A DNA stretch of 64,000 nt from Eutreptiella sp. 'Long Island Sound 2002' (GCA_964036045.1 OZ038378.1:13206001-13270000); one strand, 5' to 3'; counted from the first letter of the stretch, positions 47,611 to 60,350 are shown. Notes: generated from the letters alone by a model not told the origin. Numbers and translations: made by a program.

Positions 47611-50600
47611 CGTGCGTGTGTGTACCCCTGCGGTTGTCTTGTGGCAGCGGCTCGCGTACAGTGGCGATGTTCGGGGGGTGGGATGGTACAGTGTGCTGGG
47701 TGTGCTAGGAGTGGGGGGCTTGCCCCCCCCCCCCCAAAGACCAAAAATTTGTGGTGGAGAAAATGAAAGTTGAAAGTTTGTTTGTCACATGTTGTCATGG
47801 CACGCAGTGATATCCAATACTAATTTCCGAAAGAGCCCTGTACAGTCGGTCCGACTCTCACACAAGAGGAGCTAGAGCAGCATTGTGGGATCAAGCAGGG
47901 GATACGGAATTGTGCGGCTGCGTCGGATGTGGTGCAAAAAGCAAGCACGCTGGAATTGGGGCATTTCTGTCAATCTATTTATTCTCTCTTTTGTTGCCAT
48001 CGCTTTTGGAAGGGGGCTTGAGAAAAGAGGCTCAGAAGTCCAAAGGTCAATTCCCCCAATATTTCTCGTGTGCTCCATGTTGTAGTACATGGAGCGATTT
48101 GATGGATTGGTGGATTGATGGCGTAATACCATGCCCAATTTCAATGACACAAGCAGCATAGTCTGACAAACCAAGGGCACCAATAAAACCATGACATTGC
48201 TGATTTGTGCATCAATGATGCCCAATGTGCGAAGTAATTCTGGATGATCCACGAGGGGTACGTCTGTCTTAAAATGAATGTGTAGCTCATAGGTGGTTTT
48301 TTGGTGCACAAATTTAGCATGCAAGGTGCTGTCCAATTCCTCGCATTGGTAGAGAGGCTTGGTGCCCCTTTGCTTCTTCTACCCTACATACCATGTCACT
48401 CAAGAGGTGTTTGGTAACGGTCGTTCCCCTTCTTCCACACTGACCATCCGGAGCTGTTAAGGTGGCCCCCACCACACTCTTCCCATTTTAGTCTATCTTG
48501 AGCTCCTTCTGCCCTTGGCCCTGCACTTTCAGTCCATCTTATCCGCTGGTTCTGAGTGCACTCAGTGTGCAGAGGACCCGGCTATTCAGTACACACAATC
48601 CTCTACACCAAGCAGCCGGATGGTCCTGCTGTGCTTAAATGGCAAAATTATAAGGAGGAGGGTACCCCCCCCCACCCCCCGCCGCGCAGACGCATCCCCA
48701 GGGTCCAGATCCCACCTTGGCTCCTCCCTTTCTAAGTTATCCAAAGTCAGAATGTAGGAACGTGGAAATAGTTTTTTTGGGGTGCTGATTATTGTAATCG
48801 TGCTGCCACTTGTTGCCCCTCCCTTGCGTTTATAGTGCCCCATTCTACTCCTTGCCTCACTGTCAGAGAATGCCAGTTCCATCCTGTTACTCCATTTTTG
48901 AGTAAGTTGCATGGGACATTATGTTTGTTTCTGTTTTTGTAGTTGTTTAGATGTGCACTGTGTGTCAGTGCACAGACCATCAGGCTACTTTGTACACACA
49001 ATCCCCACTGTGTTGTTGATTGTTCGGACCTCTCAATGCATTGACTCAGTGTCAGGCTCAGTCTGCAAACCATCTAGCACGGGGTGGAAAAAAATTCGTG
49101 CCTAGAAAACATGTCTAAAACATGTCTAACCCCTCAAGGAGGCGGGTTTGCTACTTTTCCTTTCAGGTGGGGGGGGGTTGGTACCTTTTGGTAGGTGCCT
49201 TGCCTCTGCCCAAGTTGCAGAAAGAGGGTTAATAGTGGGCCTCCTCTTTGTCTACCTGGCGAATGGTTACGGATGGATTTCTGAGGGGGCTACCATCTTT
49301 TCTGTATCTTTGCCCGGTGTGGCGGTCCAGCTCTATTGGTGGGTAAGGTCAATTTTCAACACAAACGCCGTCACCCATGAGCTACCTACAGGGTCACAGA
49401 GGGATTATTATCATGTATCACCCCTATTGAACTCCCAGTTGAGGTGGTTGACAGATGGCTTCTCTGGGATGATTTCTGACCAAAACGAGAACTCTTCATA
49501 ACGGAGGGCGTTGTGTTGGCGGAATGCAGCCAATGTCACATTCTGGTGGGACATTGGTAAATCGACGATGCCCCACCCTCACCCGAACCCCACCTCTAGA
49601 CCCCGCAACCTACACAATTTGGCATCCCACAATGTGTATCAGTGTGACTCCCTGGTCACTTTGGGATATACACATGTTGGTCCCTGACACCCGACAACAG
49701 CAGCTCGCCGTGGCCCAAGCCCCCCTTCCAGGCCAACCGGTGTGGGATGATGTTGTTCCGTGTGATTCCTTGTGCTGCTTAGATTGCTGTGTTGTGTTAT
49801 AATGGTTCACCTCCATATGCCCCCAAGCGCATCATCTGCTGTGTCTGCCGTCTCGTGCCCTGCCATGCTTGATCTTCAGCAGCCAGCGCCAAATACTTCG
49901 GATGGGAAGCACTTGTTATGTCAGTTCAACACTTTTTACCAGAAGCACAAGTCGTTATGTTCGATTTGGGGCTGCAGCTGGAGCAGCGGCGCCAAGCGAT
50001 GGGTATGCGCAGCATACTCCCTCAGCGCATGGCACATCCATACCAGAGCATGCATAATGCAATCCTGATGTTCTCACATGTGGAATCCGGGGGAAAGCTC
50101 TGACAGCATATGCTGTGCCCGCACCTCTCTATTGCAAAGAGTTTGTTGCTCAGCATTCGGGCTTTATGCTTCCTCGAATGGTGATGCAAGCACACTAGCA
50201 GCGTGGGCACTTTTCTGGTTTTCTGGCATTGTGGGTGCAGCTGGTGTCGTAGTGCAAGTCAGGAGGGCCGGTGCTCATCAAAACACAAGCCCGGGGGGGG
50301 GGGGGGGTCCAGTGGTCCTAGGACTCGAAGTCTCCCCCCCCCCGTTGTGTGAGAGCAAACGGCAGTACAGGGGGAATTGGTAGACAAAGGGAAGCAAAGG
50401 AGCATGCGGTGGATTGATGGTGTGGTCCACCTGGTTGGTGCGAACAGGTGAAGCCGCACTGCACAAAAACAAATGCAAAAAACGGGCCGATGGAGCGTAC
50501 CGGGGCGATGGGTTCTGAGGCGACAGGTACGGGGGCGCTGGATACCAGGGCGACGTGTACCGGGGCGACGCATTTGGAGGCAGTGTGTGCTGGGGCGCCC

Positions 50601-53600
50601 GGTACCAGGGACAGAAGAAGCGGGGCGATGCCTATCAGGGCGACGTGTACTGGGGGGATGCGTACCACAGGGGCCTAGGGTTATGGAGCCCTTTTGATTT
50701 CTCACCACTGCGATCTTGGGCCTGTGATGAGCCAGAGCATAGCACTGGTAACTGAGGCCCCTTCGTTTTGGGGAGGGCCGGGGCTGTTATACAGTATTAT
50801 ACAGTATATGGGGGCATACCCCCACCCCAAATAACAACAAAAACGCTTCTCCCAGACCCCCCCCGTCCTGGACCACCCCTGCCCCCTGTGCTCAAGCCTT
50901 ATTGGAAAAGCAACCTGACGCTTCAGCACATGTACGCGCTGCCCTGGCAGGGATCGCCCCGCTACCCGTCACCCCAGTGCCCCCGGCCCCTTTACGCGGC
51001 ACCTTGGTATGCACCGCCCCCGTATATGTCGCCCCGGTACGCATCGCCCACGTACGTGTTGCCCTGGTGCCCGTCGCCCTGGAATGCACCGCCCCGGTAC
51101 CCACCACCCCGGTATTCGTCACCTTGGTACGGGCCGCCCCGGTAACCACCGCCACGGTACCCGTCACCCCTGTACGCACCACCCCCGTACGCGCTACCCT
51201 GGTATGCGTCGCCCCGGTACCCGTTGCCCCAGTGCGTGGCGCCCCGGTATGTGTCGCCGTGGTATGCATCGCCCTGGAACCCTTCGCCCCGGTACCCGTT
51301 GCCCTGGTACCTGTCGTCCCTGTATGCGAATTTACGGAGTGCCATACACACACTATGAATCTGGGGTTGGACGACACCCTCAAGGTGACACCCATTGAGA
51401 CGCGTTGACATCTACATCTACACCCATTACCCCACATGTTGACACGTGTTGACACAAATTGACCCCCACGTTGACCCACGTTGGCACCCATGTTGACACC
51501 TATTGACACCCGTTGACACCCACATTGGGTGCAAAGGAAGGTCCCAGGGAGGAAAACCCCATGTCCTGAGTCTCACGGGTAACTGAAGCACTGATATAAG
51601 GGGGCAAATCAGCTCACAACAGATCCAGCAGCTGGTATCCACAGCAATTTATTGGACTGCATCATGCAACCAACAAAAGGCTGAAGTGCTTATGCACCGA
51701 ACGCGCATTGAACACGTGCAGTCCGGACAGGAAACATTGCTCTTGCGCACACCTGTTGCAGGGGCTGCTCGGTGCACTAACCAGTGTGGAATCCCCCCCT
51801 CTCACCTTGATGCATATTTGTTCTCAGACCCCCACACCTGCCGAAACCTTGGCACATTCATTGGCAAGCGGTGGTGCTTTGGCATTGGCAGCCTCCAGGG
51901 TGACAATGAGGGGGGGGAGTGTACATTCTGTGGGGGAGGAACTTGTCGCAACATGGATGGCCCGCTGCTTACTGTTGCTAACTGTGCGGTGCCGCATATT
52001 TCTTCATACAAGCTAGACTGGTGAGTGATATTCCTGTGCAAGCGGCGTCCGTAAGACTCAAAAAAAAGTTACAGTTCAATACCAGCGCAGCTGAGAACAA
52101 CGAGAGCCCAGGACACATAAAAAATGCAATAGTTAGATGATATTTTCAGTTGACCGTGCAAGGAATGCTGCAAACCCCACATGAACGTTTGGTTTTTCAG
52201 AGTCTGGACTCTTCTGTCGTCTGCAGGTGGGTAGGTAATTGATTGTAACTTTAGTTTGAGTATCTGGGCAGCTGATTGCGCAAGTATACCGCTCAACAGT
52301 CTAGATTGTATGAAGAAATATGTGGCGCCGTACAGTTACAAGCTTGGGCACCAATGTTGCAACAAGTTGTGCACACAACTGAGAGGGGTGGAGACACGGG
52401 GGGGGGGCGACTCCGCGGGTCCTGGGACGCCAACTACCCCTGCCCCCCCCCCCCCCTAGGGGCCTTCGGCCAACAGTTAATTGCCAAAGGTGTCGCCCTC
52501 AGGTGTCCATGGGCGCCAAAGGCGCCCGATGCTACATGAACACCAAAGGTGCCCTAAGGAAAATTTTGTCCAATTTGCACCCCAACACTATCCTTAAACC
52601 CAACGTTGACTTCAACACCCACCCCCAACCCTCAGCCTACTCCTATCCCTACACCTAACCCTAACCCTAACCCTAGCCCTAACCCTAGCCCTGGCTCTCA
52701 CCCTAGGCTAGGGTCAGAGTGAGTGTTGGGGTCCAAAATGGAGAGCAATGATGTGGCAAAAGCAGCCATGAACGAAATCGGGGGGATCTTGTTCAGCCCA
52801 ATCAACATGGCTGGCATGGCCAAACCAACTGGCTGCAAAGGTTAGGGTTAGGTTTATGGTGATGGTATGGTTAGAGGGAGGGCAAGGGGAGGTAAGGGGA
52901 GCCTGTGCCCCCCCCCCCCCAACACCCCAAATCGCCCAACCTGGACCCCCCCCCCCCACCACCACCCCTAATTGCCCCACTTGGACCCCCCCCCCAACCG
53001 ACCCTCCCGGAGCCCCCCCCCCCAGCCCCTCCTATACCCCCCCATTCGCCCTCCCTGAACCCCCCCCTCAGATGCCCCCCCCCCCCCCCCCCCCCCCCAA
53101 GGGGCCTCCGGCCAACACTTAGTTGGGGGGGTAGTTGGCGTCCAGAACCGAGGGGTCGCCCCCCCCGTGGGTGGAGAAACAGGGGATAACACGGGACACG
53201 CAGAAAAACGTGGAAAAACTCGGAGAAGGTGCAATTTCGGAAGACTCCTGTGGGAGGAAAGCATGGCACATGGCATGCATCGAAGTATGTGGTGCTGCAA
53301 CTATTGTATCACTACAGATTGTTTTGCTCCCTTCACACGTTAGTCAGAATTGTGTAAATTCATCTTCATCTCTTTTTCTTTGTGTCCTTTGCAAAATTGC
53401 ATGCCATGCACATTTTTTTTGCGGCTTTATGCGGATTTTTACTTTCGAAGGATTATAGAAGCCCTCATATGATCTCCCTTCTGCGTGAAATTGTGGTTTT
53501 TGATTGCAGATCATTGGATAGCTATTGCATATTTGGTGTGTGTGTATCTGTGTGCTTTCCATATTTTGCAGTGGTTTCGCAATTTGTAACGAAGTCTTCT

Positions 53601-56445
53601 CCCCTTTCAGGACTGTCAGATCCTTCCTGTTGTCTTTGAGCAGGCATCCATGCAATTTCATTTGACTGAGTTCTTCATTTCTTCTTTTGCCACATGCCGT
53701 TTTGTCTCAAGGAGTGAAAGGGTTGTATACACGGATTGGGAGTAGTATGATGAACAGGAACATAGATTGTCAAATTCTCATGTGGTCAGAAGACTGGAGG
53801 AAAGCTACCGAATATTTGTACATCATGTCAAGCTTTGTGCACTGGCAGCAATTTCTAAGATTCGCTGCAGTGGCAAAAAGAGAGAACATAGTGTTGATGT
53901 AAACTTGAAAGCTCACAATTCATGTTCACAATTTAACACAGTTTGTACCATTCTGCAACAGGTTTTACGCAGCTTACACATTTTGGGGTACCAGGTCGGA
54001 AAGCTGTTTTGGATCCTGTGAAGATCCAGCTGGTGCAGCATACAGTGGGGGACACCGCACACTGGGGCCGTTTACACTGTACGGCGTCATAGGGGGGTGT
54101 TGTGGCAGCAGCACGATCGTTCTGCTCGTGGCTTTTTGGCCAATCAACCTGGGGCAGAGTGGACTGGCCAGGATGGGGAACGTGCTGTGACAGATGGAGT
54201 GGCAGTCGAGGGAGGCCAGAGCTCCGAGGTGAACGTGCAGCCTCAGAAGTGCCGCGCCACCATGTCGTGCCCCACGCATCCGTGTGTTTTCAATTGACAT
54301 CCCCCACCCTCTTGGTGCTTGCAGTTGTGCCGCCCGTGTTTCCTGGCAATCCCCATATCTCCATTCCTTCATGTTCGGATGCCAGGCTGGTGCAATGCAA
54401 CGGTCTTGGATTTCCCATTCGACAAGTTTGCCCCGCATGTCCGTGACCTGTCCACCTACGCTTTCAAGCCGCTGCTGGTCTGGTGGGTTTATTTGCAGCT
54501 CCGCAGCAGTGACATAGTGTTTTGGTTGGATGCCCGCAGAGAAATTGTGGGTGATGGTCTTGCCTTGGCTCCTCCCTGAACATACCCTCACCACTCCAAG
54601 GGATGGTTGACGTTGAGCATGGGGAAGTACACCCGTGGCACGCCTGATACGGTGCCAAGGTGTCTCACATGGACAAATGACCATCCACTGAGCACGTGGG
54701 TCATCTGTTGCAGTGCGTGCCCTGGTGCCTGCATACAAAGGGCACACCAGGGCACCCAAAGGGCGTACAAATGGCATGCAGAGGCATTGAGGGTTGGTTA
54801 TCATGAGCACATGGTTTCAGCAGTCAAAAGCTGGCATCTTTTCGCCCCCCCCCCCACCACCCTCCAGGCTGCTGGTAGTGGCAGGTGCCAGCGCTAAGCT
54901 GTTCTCCCAAGTTTGGCGGAAATCTGCTTAGTGCCAACGGAGACTACACCAAAAATGTCTGCACCACCACGGCCGAGATCTCAGGGATCACCATTCCCCT
55001 GAGCCTGGGCTGAGGACCTGGACCACCCATCCCCTACACCATCCTGGACCACGTCCCAAACTTCATCTTAGGCAGACTCCACCCCCACGGGCCCCATCCC
55101 TGGCTCATCCCACACCCTGTCCTGGGGCCCAGCCCCTTCAGTAAATATCATGTTCCCCTTCGGCAAAGCTTTCTGATGTGGTTGGGTGGAGCAGCCCACG
55201 CCAGCCAGGGCCTCATACAGACCCTCCCTTCCCCCTCCTCCGGTGGCTAAGCGATGGTCTGGTCACAGTCTGACGGTCCTCTACCCCATCCCCGACCGCA
55301 TCCCCCGCCCCATCCCGCACATCCGCTCGCACGCCGGCCTCCGTCCTCTGCCCTGTTCCAGACCCTATTTCGTTCCAGCCCACTCCCTATGAACACCGGC
55401 AGCAGCTGGGCGGCAGAGAAGGAGCGCACCGGTCAGCAGGGAAAAGGGCCTCAAACAGCCCGGGGTAGGGGCGACCTGCGTCCGCTACACCGCGGCCTTC
55501 ATCGCTCCCTCTCCAACGCTGCTGCCATGTTGCGTCCATGTCATCAGTGCGATGCCTGTGCGCATCCGGTGGACTGTCTCCTGGTGCCGATGGCTTACTG
55601 AGGGCCGGTGCACAGTGGACACGCGGTCGGAGATGTTGCGAAGTGACTGCGAGGAATCCGCCCGGTCCAGGACGGCGTAGTGGATGACCTTGACACAATG
55701 CCGCTTCCGTCGGTTACACTGCCGCTGCTCTCAATTGCCCCCCGAATTTCCGTCACTGACCTGCGCCCTGTGCCCCCCCCCCCCCTCCCCCGGCCCCGCA
55801 CCCAGTACACCCGCATGCACCGCTGTCACAGGGTTCTCGGCGATCCAATCTGCCATCCAGCGCGACGGCGCCTGGTTCACCACCGCCGGGGCCACATGGC
55901 CGCATAACCTCACGCACCCCAGCGCCTGCCGGTTCTTCAACTACTCCACCTGCGCCGAGCTGGCCCGCAACCACACGTACGCGCGGACGGTGCGGGCCGG
56001 CAAGAAGGCCGCGGCCCTCTCCTCCCGCGACAGCCCCACGGGCTACGGGTGGCTGGAGGCCGATGCCGGGCAGAACGGGTGGCTGGTGGGCCACTGGGCG
56101 GGGCAGTACCTCCGGTCGTGGGCCTGGTGCGCGGGCATCCAGGCGTGCATCGCCCCCCACGGCACGCACCGCCGGAACCACCGGCAGGACCAGTCGTCCC
56201 TGAACCTCCTGATCTATCAGCCCCAGGGGCTGTACGACGCGTTCGTGCGGCGCGCGCCGGGACCCCCGGCGGTGGTCGATGGCATCCCGCGCTTTCTACA
56301 TCCGGAAATGAGGTACTGGCACTTCCGCAACAAGAAGAAGAAGGTGAGCGGCGCCGTCATCTTCATCAAGCACCACACCGGCCCCTTTAACGCTGGACTA
56401 GTCATCTGCCTCACAAACCGCACGCAGGCGGCAGTTCCGGTTTGA
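45978..56445 (+). CDS. Complete 5-exon gene: type II membrane DUF1647-like putative glycosyltransferase (~444 aa in this model)
   Basis: Phase-consistent exons 45978-46089 (TM anchor THLLTFLLGVTAALLFTSW), 47230-47469, 54039-54181, 54325-54550, 55832-56445. Motifs FVTAYSGGH, CN..LDFPFDKFAPHV..L.TYAFKP, VFWLDA, TH, W..CA....CIAP.G...NHRQDQS. The exon 3/4 junction is the least certain. Confidence 0.8.
46730..47062. repeat. Mixed trinucleotide tract switching between (CAN)n and (NTG)n blocks
   Basis: (ACC)n/(AGC)n, then (TTG)n/(CTG)n, then (CAA)n/(GCA)n/(ACC)n. Confidence 0.9.
47556..47620. repeat. (TG)n microsatellite; others at ~10610-10665, ~59068-59112 and ~62710-62732
   Basis: Directly visible. 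Confidence 0.95.
47930..49070 (-). pseudogene. Decayed piggyBac-type transposase in intron 2 of the DUF1647-like gene
   Basis: Minus strand in order: HYKRKG (Y.GK-like), SYILTLDN (DN motif), SLST, RNIGGIDLW (MGGVD-like), KRWQQK...NSSVL. Confidence 0.6.
50495..51335. repeat. Two 15-bp minisatellite arrays in inverted orientation (50495-50665 and 50925-51335)
   Basis: Unit taccggggcgacg(c/t)g on + in the first array; its reverse complement gtcgccccggtac in the second. Confidence 0.85.
51395..51525. repeat. Array of (G/A)TTGACAC-like motifs, about 9 copies with 2-6 nt spacers
   Basis: gttgacat, gttgacac, gttgacac, attgaccc, gttgaccc, gttggcac, gttgacac, attgacac, gttgacac. Confidence 0.8.
52395..53169. 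mobile_element. 775-bp MITE with ~45-bp TIRs starting CAC(G)n and a perfect 8-bp TSD (GGTGGAGA)
   Basis: ggtggaga at 52387-52394 and 53170-53177. Left cacG10cgactccgcgggtcctgggacgccaactacccc is matched by the reverse complement of the right end. Confidence 0.88.
52654..52692. repeat. Telomere-like (CCCTAA/CCCTAG)n tract inside the MITE; a short opposite-strand copy at ~52840-52855
   Basis: cctaaccctaaccctaaccctagccctaaccctagccct; gttagggttaggttta. Confidence 0.8.
55832..56445 (+). CDS. Terminal exon of the DUF1647-like gene
   Basis: GC3- and CpG-rich frame; cacag acceptor in phase 1; CIAPHGTHRRNHRQDQSSLNLL. Confidence 0.85.
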
Positions 56446-57794
56446 GCCGAAGGGGGGGTTTCATGTGGTGGGGGTGGTGGGGGGGTCCACTGAGGCATAG
56501 GAGTAGGGCAGTACATACCCCCACTGCAGCTACATGCACATTTTCAAGTCAGCATTAGAATGTGTGGCTGGCAGACAAACCGTGTGGACGGCACCTCTGG
56601 AAGACTGGCCTTATGTAACAAAGCCGCCCACCGTCACTAACAGGTGGGACGAGGGGGGCATTGCTCAGTGACACCCACCCCCCGTCCCCTTGCAGTTCCA
56701 GTCACAAGCAGATGTGGTACCCTGCCCCCTGCCCTCACTCGTATCGACAGACGGGCCAAATGTGTTGCTGGGTGCCCGTTTTTGGATAAGCCTATCGCTG
56801 TGTGTGTAGTGTGCACTGCACACATGGGTCCACACCTGCAGGTTGGTGCCTAGAAGGTTTGTATGAGATAAGAGTCTGCAGTGCGTGCACATGTAGGAGG
56901 CAAGTACGCTGCAGTAAATTTGCTGCCCAGCAAGATCCCGGTGTTGTGGGTACAGTTGGCAAAATATTTAGGTCGTAAATTGGGATCTTCCTTGTGGGGG
57001 GCAGGCCGCCCTGCTGCCACACCCATGCATTGCAGAGTCTCCCCTGCAATGCTCATCCCCATCCCCCCCACAAACGAGCCCACAGCAAACCCTACTACGC
57101 AACCTGCCAAATTAACCTCCCTCCCTCCCAGCACCCATTCAGTGGTTCCAACAACACCACAGATCTTTGCCTGTTAATAGCCTACATCCTTGCTTTCATG
57201 TAGGGGGCAGCACTTGCCACCACTAGATTCCGGCTTGCCGCCCCCAAGGGCTTCGAAATATCCTGAGAGTGCTGGATATGCTACTGCTCTGCATGCATGA
57301 CATGCGTACATCGGCACAACGGACAAGCCTTGGCATCTTTTCATGGGGCCACGTGTTTCTCAATTGGTGTACTCTCTGCTTTCCCAACAGCAATGTGCCT
57401 CGGTCAGCTTTTGAGAGCTGGTTGTAGCCGCACAGCTCCATACCAGTGGCCAAGCCACAAGGTAGCATTGTTGGCAATGACTGTGTTCCAGGTTCACTTT
57501 TAGAAACGTTGTTGAAACTTTTGTCTCCTGTGGCAACAGAACAGCACCCAAATTCCATGACAGACTAGACCAGCCTCAAGTGTGGCAAGCAGCATGCGTA
57601 GCAATGATGGGCAGATGGGAAGCGTGTGTAGAAATGATAGGGGCATGATGAGTGAAGTGGGTTTACCAAGCATCCTGTGTTCATGAGACACTTGCATGAA
57701 CACCCAACATGCATTCACAAACACAAAGATTGCTCATCCACCAGTTAGGTGCGGGTATGCACTATTCAAAGGATCTTAAAAATCCCTGCACCTG

Positions 57795-57915
57795 ACGTCC
57801 AGCCAGATGTCTAGCCACGTGTCTGGCCACACGTCCAGCCACATGTCTAGCCACACGTTCGGCTGGTCGTCCGGTCACACATCCAGCCACACATCCAGCC
57901 GGACGTCTGGCCGCA
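57795..57915. repeat. 12-bp minisatellite (cacgtccagcca-like), about 10 units
   Basis: Directly visible degenerate tandem repeat. Confidence 0.8.
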
Positions 57916-59068
57916 GGTCCATCCCTCTTTTGTGTGCAGTGGTCTGTTTCCTTGCAGCATCTCTGCCCTGCCCCTGTGGCACCCTTCCCCACTACTAGCA
58001 CATGCACGCATGCTTGTGTGCATGGGTTACAGCCCAATCCAAGACCACAATATTCCAAGCTGCCGTGCACCACATCTGATACAGGGTGTAATGGAGGGCC
58101 AGCCCCGACGACCACCACACACACTGGGTCCAAGGGTCCAAACCACCACCTGACCCTGCTTGGCAGATTTTAGGGATTGTGTCCCAAGGGCGGCAAAGCT
58201 GTCATGTACATACATACATGCATGCACGGACGCGCGCGTGTACGCACACGTACTTGAGCTTTCTTGAATGATTGGACGACACACACACACACACAAACAC
58301 ACTCACACGCATGGTTCTGCAATTAGGAAGGCTCACCTCTCACAATAGCCTCAACCAACCTAAGGCCAAGATCTTGTGCCAATGACCTTCTCCCAAGAAG
58401 GGGGAAACTATGCATCAGTGCAGGTGTCAATGTGTAGGGGGATGATTTTGTACTGCTTGCAAAGGCATGCAGTGCACACATAATGGAAAGTTGTACATGT
58501 CAATAACTACGCAGGCCCTAGTGTTGGACGTTTTTCACAAGCTATTGGGTGCTTTGGGCGGAAAGTGAATTCTGTTGATGGCATCCATGTGATGAGAAAT
58601 TTTGTGGAAGGGGGTTAAAGAAAGGATGTTTGGTGGTTGATGGGGCGTCCAGGCAAGGCATCTGACACATGATTGTTATGCAGCCATGTTGCCGATTGCA
58701 CCGTGTGCTGTATGCACTCCCCCTCCCGACACACACCCTACCCTCCCCGTTCCCCCCAGGTGGGCATTGGATTGCAATGACAGGGAATCACCTAACAAGC
58801 GTAGTAGATTCACAATACAGCAGCCATGTGCAGCCATCTCTTTCATGCATGATATTAGTGATCCGTGAGCCCTGAACTAAGACCGCCGTACATGGGCGGT
58901 GCTGCCTAGTAAGGTAAGGTAAGGTCCAGCAGCAGCAATGCAGGCAAGCCCTGCGCAACTCATCCAACCTCTGCAGCAAACTGTAGCAAGCTGCTCAAAC
59001 TAGAGTTATTGCGGAAACGCCGCAATGAACAAAGCGGACTGTGTCGCGGATTAGTCGAACAGTTTTCT

Positions 59069-59115
<47 letters not shown>

Positions 59116-60029
59116 ACTTAATAAGGCTAACAAATTGAATGAGGTACAAATTACGAGGACCCAATGGGCTCTGGCTAGCCAAGGATGCACGAGTAGGGGT
59201 TTTTGGCCAAGCATGTGGCGGTCATATGCAACTACAAATGTGTATTTGTGCTCCATGGGGTGGTTCCTAGAGTAGTGTACATGGTTTGTGATGGAAATTG
59301 TCCATATGGGTAACAATGTGCCCTTCTTGGGCAGCCCAATTGCACCGGTGGCGTCACAAGGGCCTTCGGTTTGTAGTGTACTAGAAGACAAGGGATCCGC
59401 AATGTCACACCCAATTCAAGGCCTCCTAGTTTGGAATCATCCGAGATGCTGAGACTCGAGGTCGCTGACTGGGATGGGTTGAGGTGCGGTTGCTGTGTAT
59501 ATTCCCACCATGCTGATTCATGGAACCTTGGCACAAGGATACATTCAAGGCATGGCTTCTTGACCCCCCTAGAGGCTCAATTTGCAATTTGTGATCACTA
59601 CCTCATCGTGTGTGCACTTTGTGCGTATTTGGTAAAAACCCATTGAATAGGAAACCATCTGTAATCACCCACCACTTTCGCATAACAAGGCAACATAGCA
59701 AGATAAATACATATAAAACTCTGTTGTCTCCCTGTTCAAAAGGGCCCCCCACCCTTGCATGATTCCTTGATAGATATCTTGTCATACATCCTTGAGACTG
59801 ATCCCAACGCTCCGCATGTTGATGCAGTTGAAGTTCTCACAACGTCCACGCCATAGTGCTCTGTGGCCCCGAGCAGGCCTTCTTGAGGCCCGTCAAGCTT
59901 TGGCGTGGGCCAGCCTAACGTTCGGTGACTCCGATCATGCCTGCCGGATGAACTTCGTTCCCATATTGTGTGATCGTGCTAGCATATGTGTGTGCATGTG
60001 TGTGCTTATGTGTGGTTCTATGTGGTTTT

Positions 60030-60350
60030 CCGTGGCTCTGTGTGGCTGCAAGTAGCTACGTGTGCACTACGTGGATCCATGTGGTTGCATGCGAATTTGC
60101 ATGATGCCGGGTGGCTGCATGTAATTGTTCGGTTTTGTTTGCCTCTGTGGTGCTCCATGCGGCTATGTGTGGTTGGGTGTGGTTGCATGTGGCTCTTTTT
60201 GATTTCATGTGGTTGTATGTGGATTTGTGTGGCTCTATGTGGCTGTGTGTGGCTTGTGTGTGGCCGCATGCTACTTTGTATGGTTGTGTGTGACGGTGTG
60301 TGGCTTCTGTGTAGCCCTATGTTGCTCTATGTGGCTATGTGTGGCTTCAG
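60030..60350. repeat. Degenerate 10-bp (GTGTGGCTNT)n satellite
   Basis: Recurrent gtggctct/gtggttgc/gtggctat with a period near 10. Confidence 0.75.

Noticed and set aside
54182-54386. Euglenid nonconventional intron (G|TGACAG start at 54188)
   Set aside because: No matching CTG at -8 to -6 was found at a frame-compatible 3' end, and a conventional GT-AG solution exists.
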